From Alphaproteobacteria bacterium (GTDB taxonomy: Bacteria; Pseudomonadota; Alphaproteobacteria; UBA828): a DNA stretch of 64,000 nucleotides. The first letter of the stretch is position 1. Every line of letters begins with the position of its first letter. The stretch is from positions 992,001 through 1,056,000 of the forward strand of contig CAXXMU010000001.1 of the NCBI GenBank assembly GCA_963667785.2, written 5' to 3'. Below, piece by piece: positions 40,048-49,017 of this stretch. The notes beneath the pieces are model-generated. The model had not been told where the DNA came from. It saw nothing but the letters and a program-made list of their open reading frames with translations, and did no database searches. Both the position numbers and the translations under genes were made by a program.

Positions 40048-40871
40048 GGCCGCGTCTCCTGCGCCGCCTGCACGGTCCGCTTGCCCAGGCCCCGCACCAG
40101 CTCGCGCCGGTAGCGGGCGCTGGCGTGATGGTCGTCGGCGGCATCGAGGGACCAGGCGAGCGAATCGAGCGCGTCGTCGAGGGCGCTGCCGGCGAGCGGC
40201 GGCCAGTCCTGCACCACCGGCCGCTCGCAGGCACCGCCGACGCCGATCCTGATGCCGTTCTCCCGCGCAATCGCGGCGACGGCGACGACGGCGAAGTCGC
40301 CGTGGCGTCGGGCGAACTCGGTGAACGCGTAGCCCGCGCCCGGCTCCGCGGCGGGGAAGCGCACCGCCGCCACCATCTCGTCCGCCCGGCAGGCGGTCGA
40401 CAGCATGCCCGTCTGGAACGCGGCGGCCGGCAGCGTCCGTGTGCCGGCGCGCGAGCGCAGCACCACCTCGCCGTCGAGGGTGGCGAGGCAGAGCGGCAGC
40501 TCCGCGCTCGGGTCGGCGAAGGCGATCGAGCCGCAGACGGTGCCGCGGCTCCGGGTCTGGACGTGGCCGATCAGGGGGAGCGCCCGGGCCAGCAGGGGGG
40601 CACGCGCGGACAACGGGGGCCAGGCCTCGAGGCTCGCCTGGGTCGCCGCCGCGCCGACCTCGATGACGGTGCCGTCGTCCTCGATCCCGGCGCGGCCGGG
40701 CAGCCGGGAGATGTCGATGAGGACCGCCGGCTCCACCAGCCGCATGTTGAGCATGGGCATCAGCGTCTGGCCGCCGGCCAGCAGGCGCGCGTCATCGCCG
40801 GCCTCGGCGAGAGCGGCCACCGCCTCTTCCTCGTCGTCTGCGCGCAGGTAGTCGAACGGCGCGGGCTTCAT
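40044..40871 (-). CDS. hmfB: Mo-hydroxylase FAD subunit (HmfB-like)
   Basis: MKPAPFDY, AGGQTLMPMLNMR, RGTVCGS..ADPSAE, RRHGDFA. Confidence 0.82.
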   Translation of the reverse strand: MKPAPFDYLRADDEEEAVAALAEAGDDARLLAGGQTLMPMLNMRLVEPAVLIDISRLPGRAGIEDDGTVIEVGAAATQASLEAWPPLSARAPLLARALPLIGHVQTRSRGTVCGSIAFADPSAELPLCLATLDGEVVLRSRAGTRTLPAAAFQTGMLSTACRADEMVAAVRFPAAEPGAGYAFTEFARRHGDFAVVAVAAIARENGIRIGVGGACERPVVQDWPPLAGSALDDALDSLAWSLDAADDHHASARYRRELVRGLGKRTVQAAQETRP

Positions 40872-41017
40872 GGCGTCCCTATACCCGGATCACGGTCGTG
40901 TTGGTATCATGACCCGGTCCCCCGTGCCTCTACCGGCGCGCTGTCGAGAGCCCGCCTGTTTGCCCGTACCCTTGTGGCCGGGCCAGCAGGCGAGGCGAAA
41001 CGGACGAGGAGCGAGCC

Positions 41018-41221
41018 GTGAAGCTCAAGGTAATCGTGCACGAGGCCGAAGAGGGCGGATACTGGGCCGAAGTGCCGGCGATCCCCGGATGCGCCACACA
41101 GGGCGAGACCTTCGAGGAGCTGCTGACCAACCTCTACGAGGCGGTCGAGGGCTGCCTCTCCGTTGATGTCCGCGATATCGCCACATCGGACTCCGACAGG
41201 ATCGTCGAGATCGCCGTGTGA
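41018..41221 (+). CDS. hicB: HicB-family antitoxin (short form)
   Basis: EEGGYWAEVPAIPGCATQGETFEE. Confidence 0.9.
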   Translation: MKLKVIVHEAEEGGYWAEVPAIPGCATQGETFEELLTNLYEAVEGCLSVDVRDIATSDSDRIVEIAV

Positions 41222-41424
41222 AGACGGTCAGCGGCAAGCGGTTTTGCCGGGTGCTGGAACTGCGGGGTTGGACGTTGATGCGCACCAGCGGGAGTCACCG
41301 CATCTACGCCAAGGCGGGTTCGGATGTCCGCATCTCCGTTCCGGTTCACGGCACTGCGTCGCTCAAGCGCGGCCTGCAACGACACCTGATGAAGCTTGCG
41401 GAGATCGAGGACTCGGAGCTGTAG
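41218..41424 (+). CDS. hicA: HicA-family toxin
   Basis: GW..R.SGSHRIY...VPVHG..LKRG; GTGA overlap with hicB. Confidence 0.9.
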   Translation: MKTVSGKRFCRVLELRGWTLMRTSGSHRIYAKAGSDVRISVPVHGTASLKRGLQRHLMKLAEIEDSEL

Positions 41425-41451
41425 GCCCCAAGGTCCCGTCGGGCATCTCGC

Positions 41452-43854
41452 CTAGGGCGGCGCGCCCTCCGGCCCGTGGATCACGGCGGCGATGCGGGCG
41501 GGCGTGAGCGGCAGGTCGGGGATCGCCGCCTCCAGCGCGTCGGCCACGGCATTGGCGAGGCAGACCGGCGTGGTCATGCAGTTGCCCTCGCCCACCCCCT
41601 TGGCGCCGAGCGGCGTCACCGGGCTCGGCACGTCGCGGTGCAGGATCAGCGGATCGGGAACCTCGCAGGCGGTCGGCACCAGATAGTCGGCGAGCGTGCC
41701 GGAGAGGAAGCTGCCGTCGTCTGCGTAGGCGAGCTCCTCGTAGAACGCCGCGCCCACGGCATGGGCGAAGGCGCCGCGGATCTGGCCATCCACCAGCGCC
41801 GGGTTGAGGCGGCGGCCGGCATCGTGGGTGGTGACGTAGCGGTCGATGGCGACGGCGCCGGTGAGGCGGTCCACCTCGACCCCGCAGAAATCGAAGATGA
41901 AGCCGTAGGCTGCCGAGCTGTTGACCCGGTCGTCGTCCGTCGGCGGGGTGAGCGCGGGCGGTGTCCAGCGCGCGGTCTCGCGCAGCGCCGGCGGCACGCC
42001 CTCCGGCAGGCTGCCGGGCGACCAGTGGGCGAGCGCCGCCACCCGGCGGAAATCGAGATCGTTGCCGGGGTTGCCGGCGGCGAAGATGCGGCCCTGCTCG
42101 AAGCGCACCTCCTCCTCCGGGCAGTTGAGCCCCTGGCTCGCGATGCGCGCGAGCCGCTCCCGCACGCGCACCGCCGCCAGGTGGGCCGCGCCGGCGACGG
42201 CGCCCGAGAAGCGGCTCGCATAGTTGCCGGCGGCGATCGACCAGGGGTCCCGCTGGCTGTCGTGCTCGAGCGCGACCGTGACCTGCTCGGGCACGAGGCC
42301 CAGCGCATCCCCCACCACTTGCGCCAGGACCGTGCGGTGTCCCTGCCCCTGGGGCAGCGAGTCGGCGGTCACGCTGACGGCCCCGAGCGGATCCACCGAG
42401 ACCGTGGCGTGGGAGACGGCGCCGTTCTTGGGCCCGGCCCGGCGCCGCTCCTCGGCCGTCAGAACGGTGGTGATGTAGCCCATGTTGGAGATGCTGGGCT
42501 CGACGGCGGCGGCGAAGCCGATGCCGTAGAGCCTGCCGTCGGCCCGTGCCGCGTCGCGCCTCGCGCGGAGATCGTCGAGCGCACCCTCCGCCGCCCCGTA
42601 GTCCGCCGTGGCGGGGAAGTCGCCCGAATCCAGCACGGCGCCGGCGGCGGCGCGATAGGGCATGGCGTCCGCCGGCACCAGGTTGCGCCGGATCACGTCG
42701 AACGGATCGAGGTCGAGGGTCGCGGCGATTCGCTGCATCAGCCGCTCCAGCGCGTAGTAGAGCTGCGGCCCGCCGAAGCCCCGGTTGAGCCCTGTCGGCG
42801 TCTTGTTGGTCAGCACGACGCGGTTGGTCACCGCGAGATGCGCGATGCGATAGGGCCCGGTGAGGTTGCCGTGGTTGCGGTAGAGCGTCGCCGGCTCGGG
42901 CGCACGCAGGTACGCGCCGCAATCCTCGAGCTGGTCGAGACGGAGCGCCGCGATCCGGCCGTCGGCTTCCACCGCGGCCTCGATCCGCGTCACCCGGTTG
43001 GTGGCCGACGTCGCCGCCAGCAGGTGCTCCAGTCGATCCTCGATCCACTTGACCGGGCGCTCCGCCTTCCGCGCCGCGAGCGCCATGGCGACGATGAGCG
43101 GGAAGAGCGCCTGCTTGACCCCGAAGCTGCCGCCGGACTCCGGCACCGAGCGCAACCGGAGCCGCGGCCCCGGCACCTTGAGCGCCCGCGCCATCACCGG
43201 GTGCAGGGTCATCGGCCCCTGGAAGGGGGAGAGCACGTCGTAGACGCCCTCGCCGGGGTCGTAGGCGGCGATCAGCCCCAGGCACTCGATCGGGGTGCAG
43301 GAATTGCGAGGGTAGCGCACGGTGGCCGTGACGGTGTGCGCAGCGTCGGCGAACGCCGCCTCCGGCTCGCCGTAGCGGAACTCCCGCTCGCTGACGAGGT
43401 TGCCGCCCATCCCCTCGTGCAGCACCGGCGCGTCCGGGCCGAGCGTGGCCTCGGGATCGACGATGGCGGGCAGCGGCTCGTAGCGCACGTCGATGAGCGC
43501 CAGCGCGTCCTCGGCCCGGTAACGGTCCTCGGCCACCACGACGGCGACGGGCTCGCCGGCATAGCGCACCCTGTCCGTGGCGACGCACCAGTGCTCCATG
43601 GGCTGGCGCACGCCCACCAGGAAGGGCGTGGACCACGCGCGCGCATCCGCGCCGGTGACCACGGCGTGGACGCCGGGCAGCGCGAGCGCCGCCGCCGCGT
43701 CGATCTCCAGCAGGCGCGCATGGGGGTGCGGCGAGCGCAGGATGGCGGCGTGCCCGGTGCCGGGCGCCGTCGGCATGTCGTCGATGTAGCGGCCGCGGCC
43801 CATCAACAGGCTCGCGTCCTCGACGCGCTCGCGCGCGGTGCCGAGCGTGCTCAC
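41452..43854 (-). CDS. hmfA: Xanthine dehydrogenase-family molybdopterin subunit (HmfA-like 2-furoyl-CoA dehydrogenase)
   Basis: RVED..L.GRGRY.DD, RSPHPHA, GGSFGVK, RGFGGPQ, QGQGH, GAKGVGEG. Confidence 0.82.
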   Translation of the reverse strand: MSTLGTARERVEDASLLMGRGRYIDDMPTAPGTGHAAILRSPHPHARLLEIDAAAALALPGVHAVVTGADARAWSTPFLVGVRQPMEHWCVATDRVRYAGEPVAVVVAEDRYRAEDALALIDVRYEPLPAIVDPEATLGPDAPVLHEGMGGNLVSEREFRYGEPEAAFADAAHTVTATVRYPRNSCTPIECLGLIAAYDPGEGVYDVLSPFQGPMTLHPVMARALKVPGPRLRLRSVPESGGSFGVKQALFPLIVAMALAARKAERPVKWIEDRLEHLLAATSATNRVTRIEAAVEADGRIAALRLDQLEDCGAYLRAPEPATLYRNHGNLTGPYRIAHLAVTNRVVLTNKTPTGLNRGFGGPQLYYALERLMQRIAATLDLDPFDVIRRNLVPADAMPYRAAAGAVLDSGDFPATADYGAAEGALDDLRARRDAARADGRLYGIGFAAAVEPSISNMGYITTVLTAEERRRAGPKNGAVSHATVSVDPLGAVSVTADSLPQGQGHRTVLAQVVGDALGLVPEQVTVALEHDSQRDPWSIAAGNYASRFSGAVAGAAHLAAVRVRERLARIASQGLNCPEEEVRFEQGRIFAAGNPGNDLDFRRVAALAHWSPGSLPEGVPPALRETARWTPPALTPPTDDDRVNSSAAYGFIFDFCGVEVDRLTGAVAIDRYVTTHDAGRRLNPALVDGQIRGAFAHAVGAAFYEELAYADDGSFLSGTLADYLVPTACEVPDPLILHRDVPSPVTPLGAKGVGEGNCMTTPVCLANAVADALEAAIPDLPLTPARIAAVIHGPEGAPP

Positions 43855-43891
43855 GGGGCGCGTGGCGCCGGCTGCGCCATCGGCGTCAGCC

Positions 43892-45127
43892 TCAGTCCCG
43901 GCCGTCCTGCGCCCAGCCGGGGATCAGGCGGTTGGACGGCAGCGTCTCGTCCGCCGCCTTGCGCGCGGTCTCTGCGCCGGCCACGGGCAGCCCGTCCGCC
44001 TCCAGCAGGCCGACCTGCACCAGCACCGAGGCCTGGTCCCAGTAGATGTGCTCGTGGTGGACCCTGCCGCCGCGGAAGGCGACGATCGCCACCAGCGGCA
44101 CGCTGACCGTCCTGCCCGTGGGCGCGACGCCGGGGAGCATCCAGTCGATCTCCTCGTCGTGGGTGAAGCTGAAGATCAGCTCGTCCACCACGCGGTCCGC
44201 GCCGACGGTGCGGGAGAGGGGGGTGAGCGCCGTGTCCTTCGGCATCTTGGGGATGAAGTGCTCGGCGTAGAAGCGGCTGAGCGCGTCCGCCCCCGTGCCG
44301 CCGGTCATGGTCGGGATGTGGTTGACGTAGGGCTCGGCTACCATGGTCGCCATGGTCGCCGCCGTGTCCCGCCCGGTGAACTCGTGGTGCAGGTGGCCCT
44401 CCCACAGCGACTCAAGGTCGTAGGCCGGGCCGATGGCGCGGCGCAGCAGGGCGATGGTGCGCGAATGCGCGATCATGGCCGACGGCCGGTGGTAGACGTC
44501 GCTCCGCGCGTGGTTGTAGAAGGCGTGATCGACGCCGGGATAGACGTGGATCCTGATCTCCGGCCTCCCGGCGAAGTGGGCCGAGACGGCATCCACGGCG
44601 GCCTGCGGCACGAAGGAATCCTCGCCCGCGAAGTGCATGAGCAGGGGACAGGCGATGCCGCCGGATTCGTCCAGCGCCTCCTCGATGCCGACGCCGTAGA
44701 ACGAGACCGCCGCGTCCACCTCGTGGCGGGCGGCCGTGAGGTAGGCGAGCTTGCCGCCGAGGCAGAAGCCCATGGCGGCGACGGGACCTGAGCATTCCGG
44801 CCGCGCCCTGAGCGCCGCCAGCGCCGCGCCGATGTCGGACACGCCCTGGTCCACGTCGAAGCGCGCGTAGAAGTCCAGGGCCTTGGCGAAATCCTCCTCG
44901 CCGTAGCCGAGATCGACGCCCGGCTCCATCCGCCAGAAGAGATCGGGCACGAGGCAGACGTAGCCTTCCTCGGCGTAGAGGTCGGCGACCGCGCGCAGGC
45001 TCGCATTGACCCCGAAGACCTCCTGCTCGATCAGGAGGCCCGGCCCGCGGCCCTCCTCCGGCACCGCGAGATATCCGCTGAACCCGCCGCCGCCGGCGAC
45101 GGCGATGTCGACCATCGTACCTGCCAT
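43892..45127 (-). CDS. Dienelactone hydrolase fused to a SnoaL-like domain
   Basis: QEVFGVN, PDLFWR, nucleophile GFCLGG, YPGVDHAF; C-terminal WEGHLHHEF..PYVNHIPT..HEHIYWDQASVL. Confidence 0.88.
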   Translation of the reverse strand: MAGTMVDIAVAGGGGFSGYLAVPEEGRGPGLLIEQEVFGVNASLRAVADLYAEEGYVCLVPDLFWRMEPGVDLGYGEEDFAKALDFYARFDVDQGVSDIGAALAALRARPECSGPVAAMGFCLGGKLAYLTAARHEVDAAVSFYGVGIEEALDESGGIACPLLMHFAGEDSFVPQAAVDAVSAHFAGRPEIRIHVYPGVDHAFYNHARSDVYHRPSAMIAHSRTIALLRRAIGPAYDLESLWEGHLHHEFTGRDTAATMATMVAEPYVNHIPTMTGGTGADALSRFYAEHFIPKMPKDTALTPLSRTVGADRVVDELIFSFTHDEEIDWMLPGVAPTGRTVSVPLVAIVAFRGGRVHHEHIYWDQASVLVQVGLLEADGLPVAGAETARKAADETLPSNRLIPGWAQDGRD

Positions 45128-45246
45128 GAATGGCTCCCCGCTCTCGTCCCGCGCGGCCGCTGCCGCCCGGCCATTCTGCGCATCGCCCGCCTGCGCCGCA
45201 ACGCGGGGACGGGGGGCGGATGGCGAGGCGCGCACTGCTTGCGGCG

Positions 45247-45265
45247 TGTAGCGCCTCACGCTACA
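45247..45265 (+). promoter_or_regulatory. Inverted-repeat operator of higBA
   Basis: TGTAGCG-CCTCA-CGCTACA overlapping TACAGT just before the GTG start. Confidence 0.65.
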
Positions 45266-45273
45266 GTCGGCGC

Positions 45274-45546
45274 GTGAAGATCAGGCACAAGGGTCTGCGG
45301 GCGTTGCATGAGCGGGACGACCCTGCTCGATTGCCCGCCGCCCTGGTGCCGCGGCTTCGGCGCATACTCTTCCGCCTGCAGGAGGCCGCGCATCCGCTGA
45401 GCGCCGATGCGCCCGGCTTCCCGCTGCATCGGCTGACCGGCGACCGGGCGGGCCAGTGGAGCGTGCGCGTCTCCGGGAACTGGCGGATTGTGTTCCGGTT
45501 CGAGGACGGCGAGGCCGTGGACGTGGACCTTGTGGACTATCACTGA
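45274..45546 (+). CDS. higB: HigB/RelE-family toxin
   Basis: IRHKGLR..LHRLTGDRAGQWSVRVSGNWRIVFRFEDG..VDLVDYH. Confidence 0.9.
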   Translation: MKIRHKGLRALHERDDPARLPAALVPRLRRILFRLQEAAHPLSADAPGFPLHRLTGDRAGQWSVRVSGNWRIVFRFEDGEAVDVDLVDYH

Positions 45547-45565
45547 CCGAGGGGGGGGCGAACCG

Positions 45566-45880
45566 ATGATGGACGACGATGACGACCGTGTCGGCCCGAT
45601 GCGCAATCCGCCGCATCTGGGGGAGCTGATCCGCGAGAGCATGGACGAGGTCGGCTGGTCCGTGACCGGGACGGCGGCGCGTCTCGGCTGCGAGCGTGGA
45701 ACCCTCTCGCGCGTCCTCAATGGCAGGGCCGGCGTCTCGGCGAACATGGCGCTCGCGCTGGAGGACATCGGCTGGGGCACCGCCGAGCACTGGATGCGCA
45801 TGCAGGCGAGCTACGAGCTTGCTCAGGCGCGCCGGGCGCGGGCGAGCGCGGACCATCCGGCCGGCGCCGCCGTCACGTGA
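45566..45880 (+). CDS. higA: HigA antitoxin (Xre HTH)
   Basis: NPPHLGELIRE..TLSRVLNGRAGVSANMA..WMRMQASYEL. Confidence 0.9.
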   Translation: MMDDDDDRVGPMRNPPHLGELIRESMDEVGWSVTGTAARLGCERGTLSRVLNGRAGVSANMALALEDIGWGTAEHWMRMQASYELAQARRARASADHPAGAAVT

Positions 45881-45993
45881 CCATGCAGCACGGAGGCGCG
45901 GCGCAGGTCGGCGGGGTCTTGAGCGGGCGGGCCGGACGGCGTTAGATCGGCGATCGGGCGCGCCGCGCACGGCCCTATCGAGAAGGCACCCCC

Positions 45994-47139
45994 ATGACGC
46001 TCACCGGCACCTGGTCCTATCCCACCGCCATCCGCTTCGGCGCAGGGCGCATCGAGGAGTTGCCTGCCGCCTGCGCCCAGGCCGGCATCGAGAGGCCCCT
46101 CTTCGTCACCGACCGCGGGCTCGCCGCGCTGCCCGTGACCGGGAGCGCCCTCGACATCCTCGAGGCAGGCGGCCTCGGCCGCGCCTGCTTCGCCGAGGTC
46201 GACCCGAACCCGACGGAGCGGAACCTGGATGCCGGCGTCGCGGCCTTTCGCGCCGGGCGCCATGACGGCGTCGTCGCCTTCGGCGGCGGCTCGGCGCTCG
46301 ATCTCGGCAAGATGATCGCCTTCATGGCCGGCCAGACCCGGCCGGTCTGGGACTTCGAGGACGTGGGCGACTGGTGGACCCGGGCCGATGCGGACGCGAT
46401 CGCGCCCACCGTCGCCGTCCCCACCACCGCCGGCACCGGCTCCGAGGTCGGCCGCGCCAGCGTCATCACCAACTCCGAGACCCGGGTGAAGAAGATCATC
46501 TTCCACCCGAAGGTGCTGCCGGTGGTGGTGATCGCCGATCCAGCCCTCACCGTCGGCATGCCGAAGCCGATCACCGCCGGCACGGGCATGGACGCCTTCG
46601 CCCACTGCCTGGAGGCCTACTGCTCGCCCTTCTACCACCCCATGGGCCAGGGCATCGCGCTGGAGGGGATGCGCCTCGTGCACGAGAACCTCTGCCGCGC
46701 CTACGCCGACGGCGGCGACCTGGAGGCGCGCGCGCACATGATGGCGGCCGCCTCCATGGGGGCGACGGCGTTCCAGAAGGGTTTGGGGGCGATCCACGCC
46801 CTGAGCCACCCGGTGGGCGCGGTCTTCGACACCCACCACGGCACCACCAACGCCTGCGTCATGCCCTACGTGCTCGACATGAACCGCCCTGCGGTGGCCG
46901 AACGCCTGGCGCAGGCCGCCGCCTATCTCGGGATCGAGGGCGGCTACGCGGGCTTCCACGACCGCGTGCTGGAGCTGCGCGAGACGCTCGGCATCCCGAA
47001 GACGCTGGGCGCCATGGGGGTGAGCGCCGACCGCCTCGACGACCTCGCCGCCATGGCGCTGGAGGACCCCACGGCGGGCGGGAACCCGGTGCCCATGACG
47101 GCGGAGAACACGCGGGCGCTGCTGGAGGCGTGCTTCTAG
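45994..47139 (+). CDS. Iron-containing alcohol dehydrogenase
   Basis: GGGSALD, PTTAGTGSE, GMDAFAHCLE, IHALSH, HHG. Confidence 0.93.
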   Translation: MTLTGTWSYPTAIRFGAGRIEELPAACAQAGIERPLFVTDRGLAALPVTGSALDILEAGGLGRACFAEVDPNPTERNLDAGVAAFRAGRHDGVVAFGGGSALDLGKMIAFMAGQTRPVWDFEDVGDWWTRADADAIAPTVAVPTTAGTGSEVGRASVITNSETRVKKIIFHPKVLPVVVIADPALTVGMPKPITAGTGMDAFAHCLEAYCSPFYHPMGQGIALEGMRLVHENLCRAYADGGDLEARAHMMAAASMGATAFQKGLGAIHALSHPVGAVFDTHHGTTNACVMPYVLDMNRPAVAERLAQAAAYLGIEGGYAGFHDRVLELRETLGIPKTLGAMGVSADRLDDLAAMALEDPTAGGNPVPMTAENTRALLEACF

Positions 47140-47151
47140 GCCCTCGTTTTC

Positions 47152-47598
47152 CTACGACGGGCCGGCACGCGCCGCGGCTTGCGCGACGGGCAGGATGCAA
47201 TCGGCCAGATAGGGGTGGCCGCGGACCCTGTCGTGGAAGCGGACGTCCGCGGTCACCACCGGGTACTGCGTCTGGATGGCAAGCGCGAGGTAGAAGCAGT
47301 CGTAGGCCGGATGGTCGAGGTCGGTCGCGAGCCGCGCGGCGGCAGGCGCAAGGAGTGCCATGGAGACGGGCACCGATAGTGGCGCCGCCTGCAGGGTATG
47401 CACCGCATCGGCCAGATCGTCGGCGTCGATGTCGCCGCGCCTGTGCATCGCCCACAACGCGTTGGTTGCCTCGGCGAAGACAAGCGCCGGCGCGACGAGG
47501 GTCGATCCGCCGTCCAGCAGACCGGCCGCGTCGTCGGAATGGGTCTCGCTCACCAGCCACTTCACGGCGACGCTGGCATCGACGACGTAGCCGGTCAT
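47152..47598 (-). CDS. vapC: VapC/PIN-domain toxin
   Basis: VVDASVAVKW, E..NAL, YDCFYLALA, VTAD. Confidence 0.9.
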   Translation of the reverse strand: MTGYVVDASVAVKWLVSETHSDDAAGLLDGGSTLVAPALVFAEATNALWAMHRRGDIDADDLADAVHTLQAAPLSVPVSMALLAPAAARLATDLDHPAYDCFYLALAIQTQYPVVTADVRFHDRVRGHPYLADCILPVAQAAARAGPS

Positions 47599-47831
47599 GC
47601 GCGACGATCCCGGTCGCGGTCCGCCCGGATGATGTCGGTGCTGTCCAGCGAGGAGCGTAGCCGTCGCCGCAAGGCCTTGGCCTGCACCGCGAAATTCGCG
47701 TCAGGCTCGAGCAGCGCAGCACGCAGGAGCTCTCGGTGCTCGGCCTCCGCAGAGCGGCCGTTGGCGGCGGCCCGGCGCTTCAGTGCGCCCACCACCTCGT
47801 TGCTGACGTTTCGGACCGTGAGTTGCGCCAT
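47595..47831 (-). CDS. FitA/VapB-like ribbon-helix-helix antitoxin
   Basis: MAQLTVRNV..LKRRAAANGRSAEAEHRELL; ATGA overlap with vapC. Confidence 0.88.
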   Translation of the reverse strand: MAQLTVRNVSNEVVGALKRRAAANGRSAEAEHRELLRAALLEPDANFAVQAKALRRRLRSSLDSTDIIRADRDRDRRA

Positions 47832-47837
47832 GACGTC

Positions 47838-47868
47838 TGCCTGCAATGGTGTGCCTTCAATGCAGGCA
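47838..47868. promoter_or_regulatory. Inverted-repeat operator of the vapBC pair
   Basis: TGCCTGCA-N15-TGCAGGCA with an internal TGCCTTCA half-site. Confidence 0.55.
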
Positions 47869-47929
47869 TCCTTGTAACCGGGTCGCGCCCGTTTGCCAAG
47901 GCCTGCGCCCCGCCGTTACCCTGCCGCCG

Positions 47930-48931
47930 ATGCCGGCGGCACCGCAGAAGAAGAACACGGCCAGCGGCGGCCCGTCGGCGAGAAGCGCGGGCGCGGACGC
48001 CGGCGAGGGTGGCGGAAAGCTGCGCGGGCGCGCGCTCATCGTGCCGACCCTGCTCCTCCTCCTCGGCGGCATCTCCTACGGCGGCATCTTCTCGGCCAAC
48101 AAGCTCGCCGCCGGCGCCTCCTTCCCGGTCTTCGCCTACACCTTCTGGATCGCCCTCTTCGCCGGGCTGGCGCTGCTGATCGTGTGTGCGATCCGCGGCA
48201 CGCTGCCGCCGCTCAGCCGCGCACACGTGCTGCAGTATCTCCGTCTTGCCCTGCTCGCGGTGATGCTGCCGGTGCTGGCGACCGCCATCGCCGCCCGCGA
48301 GCTGCCGGCCGGGGTCATTACCCTGGTGCTCACGCTGGTGCCGGGGCTCACTTACCTGATGTCCTTCGCCGCGAGGCTGGAGCGTTTCGAGGCGCTGAGC
48401 CTCGCGGGCCTCGCGCTCGGCGCGGGCGGCGTGCTGCTGATCGTGCTGCCGGAGCAGAGCCTGCCGGAGGCCGGCGCCTGGGTGTGGATGCTGGTGGCGC
48501 TGGTGGCGGCGGTCGCGGCCGCGGGCTCCAACGTGGTCGCTGCCGCCTACCGCCCGCCGCGCTCGCACTCGCTCGCGCTCGCCTGCGGCATCCTGCTCGC
48601 CGCCGCCGTCGTGATGCTGCCGGTGATGCTGGTGGCGGACGGCCCCTATCTCTTCGCCGACGCAGGCTGGCGCGGCATCGCCGGCATGGCCTGGGCCGCG
48701 GCCATCCACTGCGTCACCTTCTATTGCTTCCAGGAGGTGACGCGGCGTGCCGGCGCGGTCTTCTTCGCGCAGTTCAACTATCTCGTGGTCGCCGCCGGCA
48801 TCTTCTGGGCGCTGCTGATCTTCGACGAGACGCTGGGCCTCTGGGTGTGGGCGGCGCTGGCCTGCATGGTGGTCGGGCTCTTTCTCGTCAATACGGGGCA
48901 GCGGCGCCGTGCCGTTGCCGCCGCATCGTGA
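47930..48931 (+). CDS. DMT/EamA family transporter
   Basis: ~10 TM segments in two EamA-like repeats. Confidence 0.85.
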   Translation: MPAAPQKKNTASGGPSARSAGADAGEGGGKLRGRALIVPTLLLLLGGISYGGIFSANKLAAGASFPVFAYTFWIALFAGLALLIVCAIRGTLPPLSRAHVLQYLRLALLAVMLPVLATAIAARELPAGVITLVLTLVPGLTYLMSFAARLERFEALSLAGLALGAGGVLLIVLPEQSLPEAGAWVWMLVALVAAVAAAGSNVVAAAYRPPRSHSLALACGILLAAAVVMLPVMLVADGPYLFADAGWRGIAGMAWAAAIHCVTFYCFQEVTRRAGAVFFAQFNYLVVAAGIFWALLIFDETLGLWVWAALACMVVGLFLVNTGQRRRAVAAAS

Positions 48932-49017
48932 GCGGCCCCGGGCGACCGGCGCGGCCCGGCGCAGCGGCGGCGGCGCCTGCTACAATCTGCGGCCCTTGAT
49001 CATTGCGGAGGCAAGCC

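Noticed and set aside
45551-45558. G8 run between higB and higA as a phase-variable tract
   Set aside because: Short, intergenic and overlapping the RBS region; not unusual at this GC content.
47852-47868. TGCCTTCAATGCAGGCA as another copy of the island palindrome
   Set aside because: Different spacing and arms; better explained as the vapBC autoregulatory operator.
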